This document shows, piece after piece, positions 1 through 10,953 of a stretch of DNA of 64,000 bases. The position numbers were made by a program, and so were the translations under genes. The notes beneath the pieces are model-generated. The model did not search any database, was not told the DNA's origin, and saw only the letters and a list, made by a program, of their open reading frames with translations. Positions within the stretch are counted from its first letter, which is position 1, and every line of letters begins with the position of its first letter. This DNA is from Chiloscyllium plagiosum (lineage: Eukaryota): assembly GCF_004010195.1 (NCBI RefSeq), contig NC_057753.1:163439-227438 (forward strand), given 5' to 3'.

Positions 1-194
1 CATTTCTGCAGCAAATAAAACTCAGTGTTTCCGATATGCCAACTGACCCATATTTGAGTGATTGATTGCCACTGCTTGACTGGTAAGTAATAACCTTTTA
101 ATGCATTTGGTTAACACAGGGTAATAGTGGTTCAGAAGACAGCTTATTTAATCTGAGCGAGATTCACAAGCAGTCAGCCTTATGTTTGAGCGTA

Positions 195-415
195 CAGAAA
201 CCCGGCAGGTCTGGCAGCATCTGTGGAGAGAGAAAGCAAGAGGCCGTGAGCTGCCTCCAGACCTGAAAGCAGTCCGGGAAAGGACCTGCAGTTCCGAAGA
301 AAGGATTTGAGACATTAACTCTGTTTCTGTCTTCACAGTTGCTGCCAGACCTGCTGTGTTTCTCCAGCATTGTCTGCTTTTCGTTTCATTTCAGATTGCG
401 AGCCCCTGCAGTTCT
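195..415. repeat. Degenerate Penelope-derived fold-back repeat
   Basis: GCAGGTCTGGCAGCATCTGTG near 205 is the inverted counterpart of CACAGTTGCTGCCAGACCTGCTG near 335; similar element at 36440-36570. Confidence 0.55.
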
Positions 416-565
416 TCGTTTTGTTGTACTGTCATAAAAGTTCATCACTGAACCATCATTCTTTTGTCTGACTGGCTTTTGACTTGAACTGTGCAAGGAA
501 CTGTACATTAGAGTTTAACATGGTTTCCTGCTCCCGTTTCTTATCAGAATGAGAGGGCGATCTTC

Positions 566-1268
566 TGTTGTGAAACTTGAAAGGGTTCAGAAAAGATTTA
601 CAAGGATGTTGCCAGGGTTGGAGGGTTTGAGCTACAGGGAGAGGCTGAATAGGCTGGGGCTGTTTTCCCTGGAGCGTTGGAGGCTGAGGGGTGACCTTAT
701 AGAGGTTTGCAAAACTATGAGGGGCATAGATAGAATAAATAGGCAAAGTCTATAGGGTGGGAGAGTACAGAACTAAAGGGCATAGGTTTAGGGTGAGAGA
801 GGAAAGATATAAAAGGGACCTATAGGGAAACTTTAAAGGGACCTATAGGCTGAACAGGCTGGGGCTGTATTCCCTGGAGCGTCGGAGGCTGAGGGGTGAC
901 CTTAAATACGCTTTTTAAATCATGAGGGGCATGGATAGGATAATTAGGCAAAATCTCTGGGATCGTGGAATCCAGAACTAGAGGGCATAGGTTTAGGGTG
1001 ATGGGGAAAAGATATAAAAAGAGAGCTAAGGGGCAACTTTTTCACACAGAGGGTGGTACGTGTATGGAATGAGCTGCCTGAGGAAGTGGGGGAGGCTGGT
1101 ACAATTGCAACATTTAAGAGGCATTTGGATGGGTATATGAATAGGAAGGGTTTGGAGGGATATGGGCCGGGTGCTGGCAGGTGGGAGTAGATTGGGTTGG
1201 GATATCTGGTCAGCAGGGACGGGTTGGACCGAAGGGTCTGTTTCCGTGCTGTACATCTCTATGACTCT
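566..1268 (+). mobile_element. CR1-clade LINE (HER1-like) 3' fragments with internal duplication
   Basis: LERVQKRFTRMLPGL...RLRGDLIEV peptide; 3' end CTCTATGACTCT. Confidence 0.9.
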
Positions 1269-1284
1269 GTCGAATTACGATGGG

Positions 1285-1601
1285 AATCGATAAGATAGAA
1301 GTGGGGAGGTCGTTCCTACAGGCGGTTGAAACTAGAACAAGGAGGATCAGATTTAGGACCGAGTTGAGGAGGGACCACACCCATGGGATTGTGGAATTCC
1401 CTGTCCAGTGAAGCAGTTGAGGCTACCACGTTGAATGTTTTTTGGGCAAAGATACATTTTTGAACATTAAAGGAATTAAGGGTTGTGGTGAGCGGGTCAG
1501 CCAATGGAGCGTAAGCCACAGAGATCAGCCATGATCTTATTGAGTGGTGGAGCAGGCTGGAGGGACCAGATGGCCTACTCTTGCTCCTAGTTCTTATGTT
1601 T
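1285..1601 (+). mobile_element. CR1-like LINE 3' end, second subfamily
   Basis: GTGGAATTCCCTG...GGCCTACTCTTGCTCCTAGTTCTTATG tail. Confidence 0.7.
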
Positions 1602-1842
1602 TTGTGTGTGTGTGTGCAGGTGTGAGACACAAGGTGCACAAATCTTTATTCAAGTTCCCACCATCAGCAAGAAAGGAAACACCAGGGTGCCCAGTGGCAA
1701 GCACTGCCCTTCACATCAAAGGGCAGTGCTGCGTGATCAAACAGTGGAGGGCAGGGGTTAAATCAAAAGAGAGTTGGAGGGGGAAATAATACACTCCACT
1801 CCCTGCGGCGCCCACCTCTCCCTGAACAACTCTAGGGTGTTG
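1602..1842 (-). mobile_element. Tx1-like LINE 3' end (5'-truncated)
   Basis: Minus strand reads NTLELFRERWAPQGVECIISPSNSLLI*, then AATAAA and a (CA)n/A tail; flanked by GTTCTTATGTTT on both sides; homologous to 53180-53630. Confidence 0.7.
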
Positions 1843-2334
1843 GTTCTTATGTTTATAACAGTTAATGGCGGTTTCAAACTAAATTTGATTACTTGCGCCA
1901 ATCCAGAGTTTGCGACGTTGCAACAGTGACTACATTTGGAAGCAGCTCATTGGTTGTTAAATGTTTATGGTTGTAAAAGGCGCTATAGAAATGCAACAAG
2001 TGGATATTTATATTTGTAAATGTCACACATCGGTATGTCCACTCACCAAAGTCATGAACAGAGACTGATTATTCAGTGTGTGTCGTAACCTTCCCTTTGG
2101 TATTATGTTGGTATTTTCGGACCAACTTGTTCAGAGATGTTATTACACCCCTCTAGAGCAGGTGCAACTTTAACTCAGGCCTCCTGGTGCACAGTGAGGG
2201 ACACTTTGCCACAAAACCCCACTGGTACAATTCGCCGGGGTCTGCGAAAATCCAAACACCTTGGATGCCGACTTTGGACTTGTAGAGTGTTACTGGAAGT
2301 CAATTCAAATAAAAACTAGGTTGGATTGATTCTT

Positions 2335-2890
2335 ATCGAGTCAGACAGCAGGGAAACATTCAGTCTGGTCCACCTATTCCGGGCTGAACGTAAACCCAAA
2401 CTAACTACTCCCACCTGCCTGCTCCTCACCCATATCCCTCCAAATCTTTCCTATTCATGTATTATCTAAGTGTCTCTTAAATGTTGCAACTGCACCCGCA
2501 ACCACCACTTCATCAGGAGGTTTATTCCACAGATGAACCAGTGTGTGTGTGTGTGTGTGTTGTGTGTGTGTGTGTGTGTTTTGTGTGTGTGTGTAAGTAT
2601 TATCTAAGTGTCTCTTAAATGTTGCAACTGCACCCGCAACCACCACTTCATCAGGAGGTTTATTCCACAGATGAACCAGTGTGTGTCTGTGTGTGTTGTG
2701 TGTGTGTGTAAAAAGAAAATTGCACCTTCTGTATTTTTAAAAAGTTTCTCTCTTCTCACCTGCCCCCTAATCTAGAAATCCCCCATCCTCGAGGGAAAGA
2801 AAATCTATTTTAACCCTATTTATACCCCTAAGGATTTTGTAAATCTCTATCAGGTCTACTCTCAGCTTCCAGGGCTCCAGTGAAAAAGGT
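2335..2890 (-). mobile_element. CR1 3' fragment with a tandemly duplicated segment containing (TG)n
   Basis: TATTATCTAAGTGTCTCTTAAATGTTGC...GAACCAG(TG)n occurs twice (about 2460 and 2600). Confidence 0.75.
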
Positions 2891-3059
2891 CCCAGTTGCT
2901 GTTGGCTGTTGGTGAGGCCTTATGTGGATTATTGTGTCCAGTTATGGCCTCCCAGTGATAGGAAGGATATTATTAAGCTGGAGAGAGATCAAAAGAGTTG
3001 TTACCAGGAATGGAGTGCTTGGAGAATGCTTTCCCACAGTCTTCACATTTCCGAAACTT

Positions 3060-3875
3060 CACAGGCGACTCAGTGGTTAGCACTGCTGCCTCACAGCACC
3101 AGGGACCCAGGTTCGATTCCAGTCTCAGGGTGACTGCCTGTGTGGAGACTGCACTTCTCCCCTCGTGTCTGCATGGGTTTCCTCCCACAGTCCAAAGATG
3201 TGCAGGTTAAGTGAATTGGCCATGCTAAATTGCCCATTGTGTTCAGAGATGTGTATTTAGAGTCATAGAGATGTACAGCACGGAAACAGACCCTTCAGTC
3301 CAACCCGACTAGATGTCCCAACCCAATCTAGTCCCACCTGCCAGCAACCGGCCCATATCCCTCCAAACCCTTCCTGTTCATATCCCCATCCAAATGCCTC
3401 TTAAATGTTGCAATTGTACCAGCCTCCACCACGTCCTCTGGCAGCTCATTCCATACACGTACCACCCTCTGTGTGAAAAAGTTGTCCCTTGGGTCTCTTT
3501 TATATCTTTCCCCTCTTACCCTAAACCTATGCCCTCTAGTTCTTCACTCCCCACCCCAGGGAAAAGACTGTGTACTTATCCTATCCATGCCCCTAATGAG
3601 TTTATAAACCTATATAAGGTCACCCCTCAGCCTCCGACCCTCCGGGGAAAACAGCCTATTCAACCTCTGCATATAACTCAAATCCTGACAACATCCTTGT
3701 AAATCCTTTCTGAACCTTTTCAAGTTTCACAACATCTTTCCAGTAGGTTGGGTGCATTAGTCAGGGGTAAATGTCGGGTAATAGGGTAGGAGAATGGGTC
3801 TGGGTGGGTTACTCTTCGGAGGGTCGGTGGGGACTTGTTGGGTCGATGGGCCTGATTCCACGCTGTAGGGAATCT
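3060..3875 (+). mobile_element. HE1/V-SINE split by a minus-strand CR1 insertion (about 3257-3745)
   Basis: tRNA-like head with A/B boxes, V-domain TTTCCTCCCACAGTCCAAAGA; SINE tail resumes at about 3746. Confidence 0.85.
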
Positions 3876-4439
3876 GTGGTGTGAGTGTTGTCAGTCTCTC
3901 CAGTGATAAGTTGAAGCCACACATTCAGGACACGTGTACAAACTCTGCAGCTCGGGGAAGTGCAGTGTGTTTCCAATCTGTGGACCTGTTCAAAGCTCTG
4001 ATGACTTCCAACTGGTTGGACATTGAGCTTTTCCAGTCACAGTGGTCTCTCAGGGATATGGGCCAGGAGCAGCGACCATTTATCACCCCACGGACAGGAA
4101 AAACTGGGAATCCGGGAACTTTGGGGGGGGGGGGGGGGGTGAATGTGGGATGATGAACTCAGTCTGTCTCTGACCGAGTGCTGGTTGAAGCGGAGATAGT
4201 GGCAGAGAGGACTCTGTGGGAGCTGGATTGCAAACGGATTTGATGCAGACACCCAAGGAAGGAGCGTGTGTGTGTGTGTGTGTGTGTGTGTCCCAGAGGG
4301 AGTGCATTGATGCTGGTCCCCCAGTTGCAAACGCCCCCTGGGTCTATCCCGTTGCAAAGTGCTGTCCTTCCAAAGACACAGTCTGCAGCTAAACCCTCTG
4401 CTGGGATTCCAGGGGAAAGAGTTGGAGGGAGGGGGGGGG

Positions 4440-4711
4440 ACTGCGCATGTGCTTGGATGGGCGGCGGTGTCGTCACAAAGGGCTGCGCCCCCCATGCACC
4501 AATAGGAAACCTGGGAGGACCGAAGGGAGCTTGGTCCTCCTGCCAATCAGAGAGCCCCCCCCTCCCTTCATTGTCCGACTGCGGAAGTTGCCCAGTGAGC
4601 TCCTGCTTGCCCCTCTCCCAGCAGAGATGCTGCTGCTGCTGTCTCTCTCTGAATGAAGACTGAGCTTGAGCCCAGACTGCAGCTTCCTTCCTCTCTCCAA
4701 CATCTGTGAGT
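4440..4711 (+). promoter_or_regulatory. Putative promoter, non-coding first exon and splice donor of the ZNF gene
   Basis: NRF1-like TGCGCATGTGC (4442), CCAAT at 4499 and 4543, ETS CGGAAGT at 4582, donor GTGAGT at 4706. Confidence 0.55.
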
Positions 4712-5146
4712 GCAGCACCCTCTCTTTTTCCCCCCACCCACCCCTCCTTTTTATTTTCATTCTGGGGTTCAGCTGTCGGTTTGCAGGAGCTGCAGGGAAA
4801 GGAAATTGGGGGAAAAGGGGGTGTTGAGGACATTGCTTCGTCTGAGACTTCGAGCCTGCTCTCAGGAAGCTTTATCTTCTCGTGAGTTCACGGAGAGGCT
4901 GCCGCAGTCAGCCGATATTTACACCACGATACACACAACAGTGCTTGCTGTGCACTGTAACGTTGAATAGGAAGGAAAGGCGCAGTGGGGCCGCTCCCTT
5001 TGTTGCTCAAGGTCAGAGAGATTAACCAGGATCAGATACACTCCCTATATTTCAGCAAACTATAATTGCACAACCTCAGTCTTTATCTCGAGCAGGATCT
5101 TTCCACTACACCGGCAAGCTTGAGAGCTAGGTCACTTTTGACCTTG

Positions 5147-5872
5147 CTGTGGAGGTGTTGGACTGGGGTGGACAGAGTTAAAAATCACACAACGCAACAG
5201 GTTTATTTGGGAGCACTAGCTTTCGGAGCGCTGCTCCTTCATCGGGCAGCTGCGGAACAGGAGCATAAGGCGCAGAATTTATACCAAAAGATCACAGTGT
5301 CATGCAACTGGTAGGATACATTGAACAAACCTAGATTGCGGTTTAGTCTTTCATCTTTTAGAATGGGTTGCAGGTTTTCGTTCATTAATATGTAAAATTC
5401 CAGACCTACTTTCAATTCACGTTCCCAAGATAGCTTAAAGTCTTATTTAACAAAAAAAGGTGACATTTCATCTCAGACAATGCATTACAGATGTGAGGTT
5501 AGAATCTGTCTGTATGCCAATCTTGAGCTGATAGCCAAGCTCGGTACCCACAAGGATGGCCTCAACCAGGACCTTGGGGTCATGTCACATTACAGGTAAC
5601 CCTGCTACACTATACACTGACACACAGACACGCACACACTCTTACATTCTCACCCAGACCCTTTCTCATACATCACACTCACGCAGACCCTTTCTCATAT
5701 GCACACACTCCCTCAGATGCACACGTACAGCCCCCACACTCAAACCTATGCACAAACCCTCTCAAAGGCTTATACTCTGTCACACTCATGAAGACACTCT
5801 GCCAAGCATGCAAACACACACTGTCATGGATACAATCACTCTCTTTAACCTGGTGTTGTGAGATTTGAACTT
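5147..5872. mobile_element. Penelope-like (Neptune-type) element nested in the ERV 3' LTR, partly inverted
   Basis: 5531-5599 (+) encodes IAKLGTHKDGLNQDLGVMSHYR*, like the C-terminal end of a PLE GIY-YIG domain; degenerate hammerhead on the minus strand at 5213-5247; homologous to 34455-34945. Confidence 0.75.
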
Positions 5873-5912
5873 CTTACCTTGGTCAAGTGTCCCGTCATGC
5901 ATCAGTATGCTG

Positions 5913-6228
5913 ATTAGATTAGATTAGATTAGATTAGATTAGATTACTTACAGTGTGGAAACAGACCCTTCGGCCCAACAAGTCCACACCACCCCGCTGA
6001 AGCGTAACCCACCCATACCCCTACATTTACCCCTTACCTAACACTACGGGCAATTTAGCATGGCCAATTCACCTGACCCTGCACATCTTTGTGACTGTGG
6101 GAGGAAACCGGAGCACCCAGAGGAAACACACACAGACACGGGGAGAATGTGCTAACTTCAGTCGCCTGAGGCGGGAATTGAACCCGAGTCTCTGGCGCTG
6201 TGAGGCAGCAATGCTTGCCACCGTGCCG
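5913..6228 (-). mobile_element. HE1/V-SINE nested in the ERV 3' LTR
   Basis: (TTAGA)n tail, V-domain, tRNA-like head. Confidence 0.9.
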
Positions 6229-6251
6229 CCCAAATTCTTACACCTTCCACA

Positions 6252-6266
6252 ATTCCCTCCTTGTTG
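6252..6266 (-). other. Polypurine tract of ERV copy 1
   Basis: Minus strand AACAAGGAGGGAAT immediately before the TGTGGAAG start of the 3' LTR. Confidence 0.7.
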
Positions 6267-6361
6267 ATCTTCCGGATCAACACCAGCGCACATCCTTCTG
6301 GAACATGGCGCATATTCGGACATGCTTGTTCACCATAGGGGCCGTGATGGGGTACAGTCTG

Positions 6362-7404
6362 GTAGATGATCACCGGTGTTTGGAGCGGATTATGTGATAG
6401 GAACAGACTGCGCACAACAACGGCCTGTAGTTCTCCAGATGATGTGACGTATCAGGCGTGTGACAGTAAAGGTGACGATCCCAGTGACTAAGGAGGAACC
6501 CCAGCTTGACCCCAGCCAGGCGAGGTCAAAGGGCCACCCGTAATCAAAAGGGCAGCTCAATTTCTTGACTTCTGTCCGAATGAGAGTCACCAAATTGGAG
6601 ACATTTTCCGAGTTGTAGGTGCAGCTTTCCCGCCCAACACCAGCACAAGGACCACCCTCTTTTGGAGAATAGAATATCCAAGTGGTTCGGAAGGGCCACT
6701 GTTTGACCTGCCACTCGCTCAGCGTTGACCCCCTGGTCAGGGCCTCCGCGGTGTCATTGGCGACCGTTTCCAATCCTGTTGTGAATTGGCTCCATCCTCG
6801 GGAATGCAGATAGATTCCAATCAGAAGGGAAGGCATCCCAACCCAGGTGAGGAATGCGGTCTTGGGCTTCAGGGGTGAAGGGGACCCATCTGAGACTCTG
6901 ATGTGAGATGCGACATGTCCCATCCCACACGGCCCTCTCCAATCTGAGGGAAGCCAAGGATAGGCCTCAGACCCCAAATAAAACAGCAGGTTAAGTTGGA
7001 AGCTCAGCCCCCTCCGCAACATGGGAGCTGGGTCTCGCTACAGGGAGCCTGACGTCTCATTAAGGACACCGGACCCATTCAATATAACAGTAACTTTGGC
7101 TTGTCAAATTCTGGAGAGGCTCAATCCAGGGGAAAATAAAGGGACATCGCCTCGACCCCACATGAGTGTCAGTAGAGACATTCCCATGTTGTCTGAAGGA
7201 AGTGGTGTTGCTGATGGTGCTGTTAAGGCTTCCAGGGGAAGGGGGCACATGGGATCTGTTACAGTCGGGTTGGTACCCATCTCAGAATGGGGCCAGGCGT
7301 ATACCCTGCTGACGTCCACTCCTGCACGTGCTCAGAGTGATCGGGCTGGCCTGCAGAGTTTCGGTGTGTTAGCCATTCACTTACTTCAGGCCAGCTAAAG
7401 GATA
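6362..7404 (-). pseudogene. Retroviral env remnant (gamma-type TM), frameshifted
   Basis: Heptad TGLETVANDTAEAL, ISD-like ALPNH-LDILFS in an adjacent frame, KEGGPCAGVGRESCTY (degenerate CX6CC), hydrophobic WGSSLVTGIVTFTV. Confidence 0.8.
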
Positions 7405-8037
7405 TATGGGGGGGGGAGGAGTTGTCCCACCTTACCGAAGGAGGGGGCCGTGACCCCGAGCAGCCTCCTGGGCGGCAGCGTTGCTGAGGGACACCTCGTC
7501 CTTCGCGGTTATATGAGCGCCACGTGTGGCCACCGCGACCGGTGAACGGTAAACCGCGGTAGGTCGGCGACGAGACTCACGGGTTGGACGGGTTCACCGG
7601 AGGAGGGGGTAAGCCCACGGTTTCTCCGGGACGTGCCCAAGCCACAGACCGAACCCCCCCCCAGCGGGGGAACGTGACAGGAAATGGTGGAAACCGTTAA
7701 CAGAGTTTCCCCGCGGCGAGGAGGCGCGCACGGGAGTGAGCGGCAAAGCGTTTGGTCAATTGGGCTGGAGTCCCGGGCGGGGAGAGCGCGCACCCCTTGC
7801 GTTTTGATGGGGGGGGGGGGGCGCGACCGCCAGTGAGTGGGACACGGTCAGGTGTGTCAAGGAGGAGGGTTGGGTGGGGGGGTAAATCAGGGCAGGGAGA
7901 GGTCACAGCGTCCAGTGAATGCAGGTGGGGAGGTTCCGAGTCGGAGGAAGGAGGACTAGTCCCAGTCCCCCTTTCAGCTCGGAATGCCCCGCCCGCTATT
8001 CCCTCCCTTGCCGTTGTCAGATCCCATAATCTTCGGG

Positions 8038-8055
8038 ATCCTGCCGACTACGCCA
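8038..8055 (-). other. Primer-binding site, tRNA-Ser
   Basis: Minus strand TGGCGTAGTCGGCAGGAT is complementary to the 3' 18 nt of vertebrate tRNA-Ser(AGA/TGA), ATCCTGCCGACTACGCCA; 5 nt from the LTR CA end. Confidence 0.9.
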
Positions 8056-9114
8056 GGTTCTGTCGAGGACATGACTCAGTCTGAGGCTTTGAGTCTTGCT
8101 TCAAGAAACTTTATGTTTTTGTGAATTCAGCGAGGCTGCCGCAGGCTTTAATCCCAGGGCAGTCCCTCTCCAGCTGAGCAGTCAGCCGATATTTCCAAGG
8201 ATACAAACGCCTTTTGGTTGTTTTATTCAGTTACATTTCCGCACTCGAGTAATGTTGAATACCATTTTTCAAGATAAAGAAAGGCACGGGGGGGGGGGCA
8301 CTCCCTTTGTTCCCGATGTTGCTCACATCCTGAGGGACTGACCAACTTAAGGTACACTCCCTAGATTTCATTGAATGACAATTACGCTACCTCAGGCTTT
8401 ATCTCCAGCAGGATTGTTCTACCGGGCTGAGAGCCAGGTCACCTTTTGCCTCGGTCAAGTATCCCATCATGCAGCAGTGCGCCAAGTTCTTATGACTTCC
8501 ACAGGGGAGCAGACTCTGGAAAGGTCAGTCTTAAAGATATTGCCATCCTTTGATGACACCTTTGTGTCCGGCTGAAAGGATGGTCTCTTTTCGGAAGATC
8601 CCAATTAATGGGTTCGTTTCCCCACCAGTTAATAGGATGGGATAGTGATATCAGTTATCCATTGGTATTATACAACTCTCATGCTGCTGCTGGAGTCTTT
8701 TTTTTTTGTCTTGAACTCATCTGGCTGATGCCAAGAATACCAAATCTGAAAGAGACCAATAAGTGATATAGCGCCAGAAACCTGCAATAGCCTCTAGATT
8801 CGGTGTTGGAACCATTTTCAGTTGTGCTAAACCCTTCCTCTGGTGATACCGTCACCCAATCAGTCCCCACAGCTGGTATTTGTGTTGCGTTTTGGGATAC
8901 GTTTTCTTCAGACTGATCAAACAACGCAAGCAAGAAAGATTGTGGGCTCACATGTCGTTGAATCCTTGAAATCCATACACAGGCTGCTTTTGTTAATCTA
9001 CAGAGTGAAGCAACCTAGGTTACAGGGAAGGGTGGTCTCCTTTCCGACTGAGGCGAGGCGTTATTATCTCAGTGGGTTGTTAGTCCGACGTGAGTCTTCA
9101 TCTGCACATCCCCG

Positions 9115-10038
9115 GGCCCTATGGGAAATGTAGCACGGCCAATCAACCCTTGCCTACACATCTTTGGGCACAATGGGTAATTTCACACAGCCAATCCACC
9201 CTAACGTGCACATCCCTTGCACTATGGGTAATTTAGCATGGCCAATCCACCCTAACGTGCACATCCCTTGCACTATGAGTAATTTAGCATGGCTAATCCA
9301 CCCTAACCTGCACCTCCCTGGGCACTATGGGTAATTTAGCATGGCCAATCCACCCTAACCTGCACATCCCAGGGCACTATGGGTAATTTAGCATGCCCAA
9401 TCCACCTTAATCTACACATCCCTGGATACTATGGGTAACGTAGCACGGCCAATTCACCCTAACCCGCACATCCCTGGGCACTGTGGGTAAGTTAGCAGAG
9501 CCAATCCACCTTAGCTTACACATCCCTGGGCACTGTGTGTAATTTAGCACGGTCAATCCACCATAGCCTTCACATCCCTGGGCACTGTGGTTAACGTAGG
9601 ACGGCAATCCACCCTAACCTGCACATCCTGAAGCACTCTGGGTAATTTAGCATGGCCAATCCACCCTAACCTGCACATCCTTGGACAAGCATGTGGAGGA
9701 CATCCAAGGCTGGAGCTGCTTAAGTAACTACCCAAATAATTTAGCATGGCCAATCCACCCTAACCTTCACATCCTGAAGCACTCTGGGTAATTTAGCATG
9801 GCCAATCCACCCTAACCTTCACATCCTGAAGCACTCTGGGTAATTTAGCATGGCCAATCCACCCTAACCTTCACATCCTGAAGCACTCTGGGTAATTTAG
9901 CATGGCCAATCCACCCTAACCTTCACATCCTGAAGCACTCTGGGTAATTTAGCATGGCCAATCCACCCTAACCTTCACATCCCTGGACAAGCATGTGGAG
10001 GACATCCAAGGCTGGAGCTGCTTAAGTAACTACCCAAA
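9115..10038 (-). repeat. Tandem array (~52-bp unit) derived from the HE1 SINE core
   Basis: Repeated GGGCACTATGGGTAATTTAGCATGGCCAATCCACCCTAACCTGCACATCCCT, roughly 15-16 units. Confidence 0.9.
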
Positions 10039-10334
10039 TTCTGCTTCAAGTTCTTACCCTCGACAGAGTGTGAATCTGTCAGTCAGCGGCAGTTAGACCC
10101 TTCGAGTGGATGCTGAGCGTGTACATTATGTACAGCCGATTGTGGATGGGGGGGGGGAGGGGGGTATGTCAGTTGAGATTGTTGGGACAATAGAATAGAA
10201 ACATGGATTGTGCATCCTGACTGTCCATCCCGGTGACCACGTTTTAAATATATGAATATATTTATGTTTGAAAATGAATAGGAAGGGTTTAGAGGGATAT
10301 GGGCCAAGTGCTGGCAAATGGGACTAGATTAGGT

Positions 10335-10680
10335 TTGGATATCTGGTCAGCATGGTCGAATTGGACCGAAGGGTCTGATTTCCGTGCTGTACATCTCTGT
10401 AACGCGTTAAATACATTATTTCTAAGACAACGTGTGACTTCACACCTCGATCAGATGCCTGTGGAGTTAATCGATGTGTTTGCCGTTCACTATGGGTTTT
10501 GCGATGTACAGATGGTCAGTGGCCGTGGGATGTCTGAACAGTGGTCTGAAAGACGGGCTGATCGCAGGAGGAGGGAGGTGGCCGTCGGAAGATATTGAGG
10601 GGGGGGGTTCGTCGAATCCCTCTGGCTGTCGCAACAGCCCAGGGGTCCAGGCTGTCGGAGCTGGGGGTGGGGCCAGTATA
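10335..10680 (+). repeat. Diverged direct repeat, copy A, upstream of the ZNF exon
   Basis: Aligns by eye with 11925-12270 (shared CCTCGATCAG, GGAGTTAATCGATGTGTTTGC, GAAGATATTGAG). Confidence 0.8.
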
Positions 10681-10953
10681 TCCTTTGCCGTCAAAGCGGG
10701 TCTGTTTCCGTGCTGGACATCTCTCTGACCCTTGGTCTGCTTTTGCAGGGTAACCGGGAGGACTTGCAGACACGGGATCTGAGAGCCCGTTCGGCTCTCC
10801 GGAGCGGATTTCCGAAAGGGGGTGACGCGGCCCCCTTCCGTCGGTTCCGAGAGGCTGGACTGGCAGATGCCGTGCGCGGGGAGAGCTGAGGGGCCGCCCA
10901 ATCGATCGGCAGCAAAGGAGGGTTTCGGCCGGGCCATCCGCTCCCCCCCCCCC

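Larger units (their letters stand above)
4822..8503 (-). mobile_element. Defective endogenous retrovirus (class I-like), copy 1
   Basis: 5' LTR 8061-8503 and 3' LTR 4822-6251 (interrupted), both TG...CA on the minus strand; PBS; PPT; env remnant; GGGG at 4818-4821 and 8504-8507. Confidence 0.85.

Noticed and set aside
3060..3135. tRNA-like sequences with A/B boxes (many copies)
   Set aside because: They are HE1 SINE heads joined to a V-domain and LINE tail, not tRNA genes.
4037..4833. Overlapping 130-224-aa ORFs
   Set aside because: Low-complexity GC-rich promoter and (TG)n sequence with no recognisable domain.
6390..7022. Domesticated syncytin-like env gene
   Set aside because: Both copies are frameshifted around the ISD, lack an intact CX6CC, and show no signal peptide or full-length ORF.
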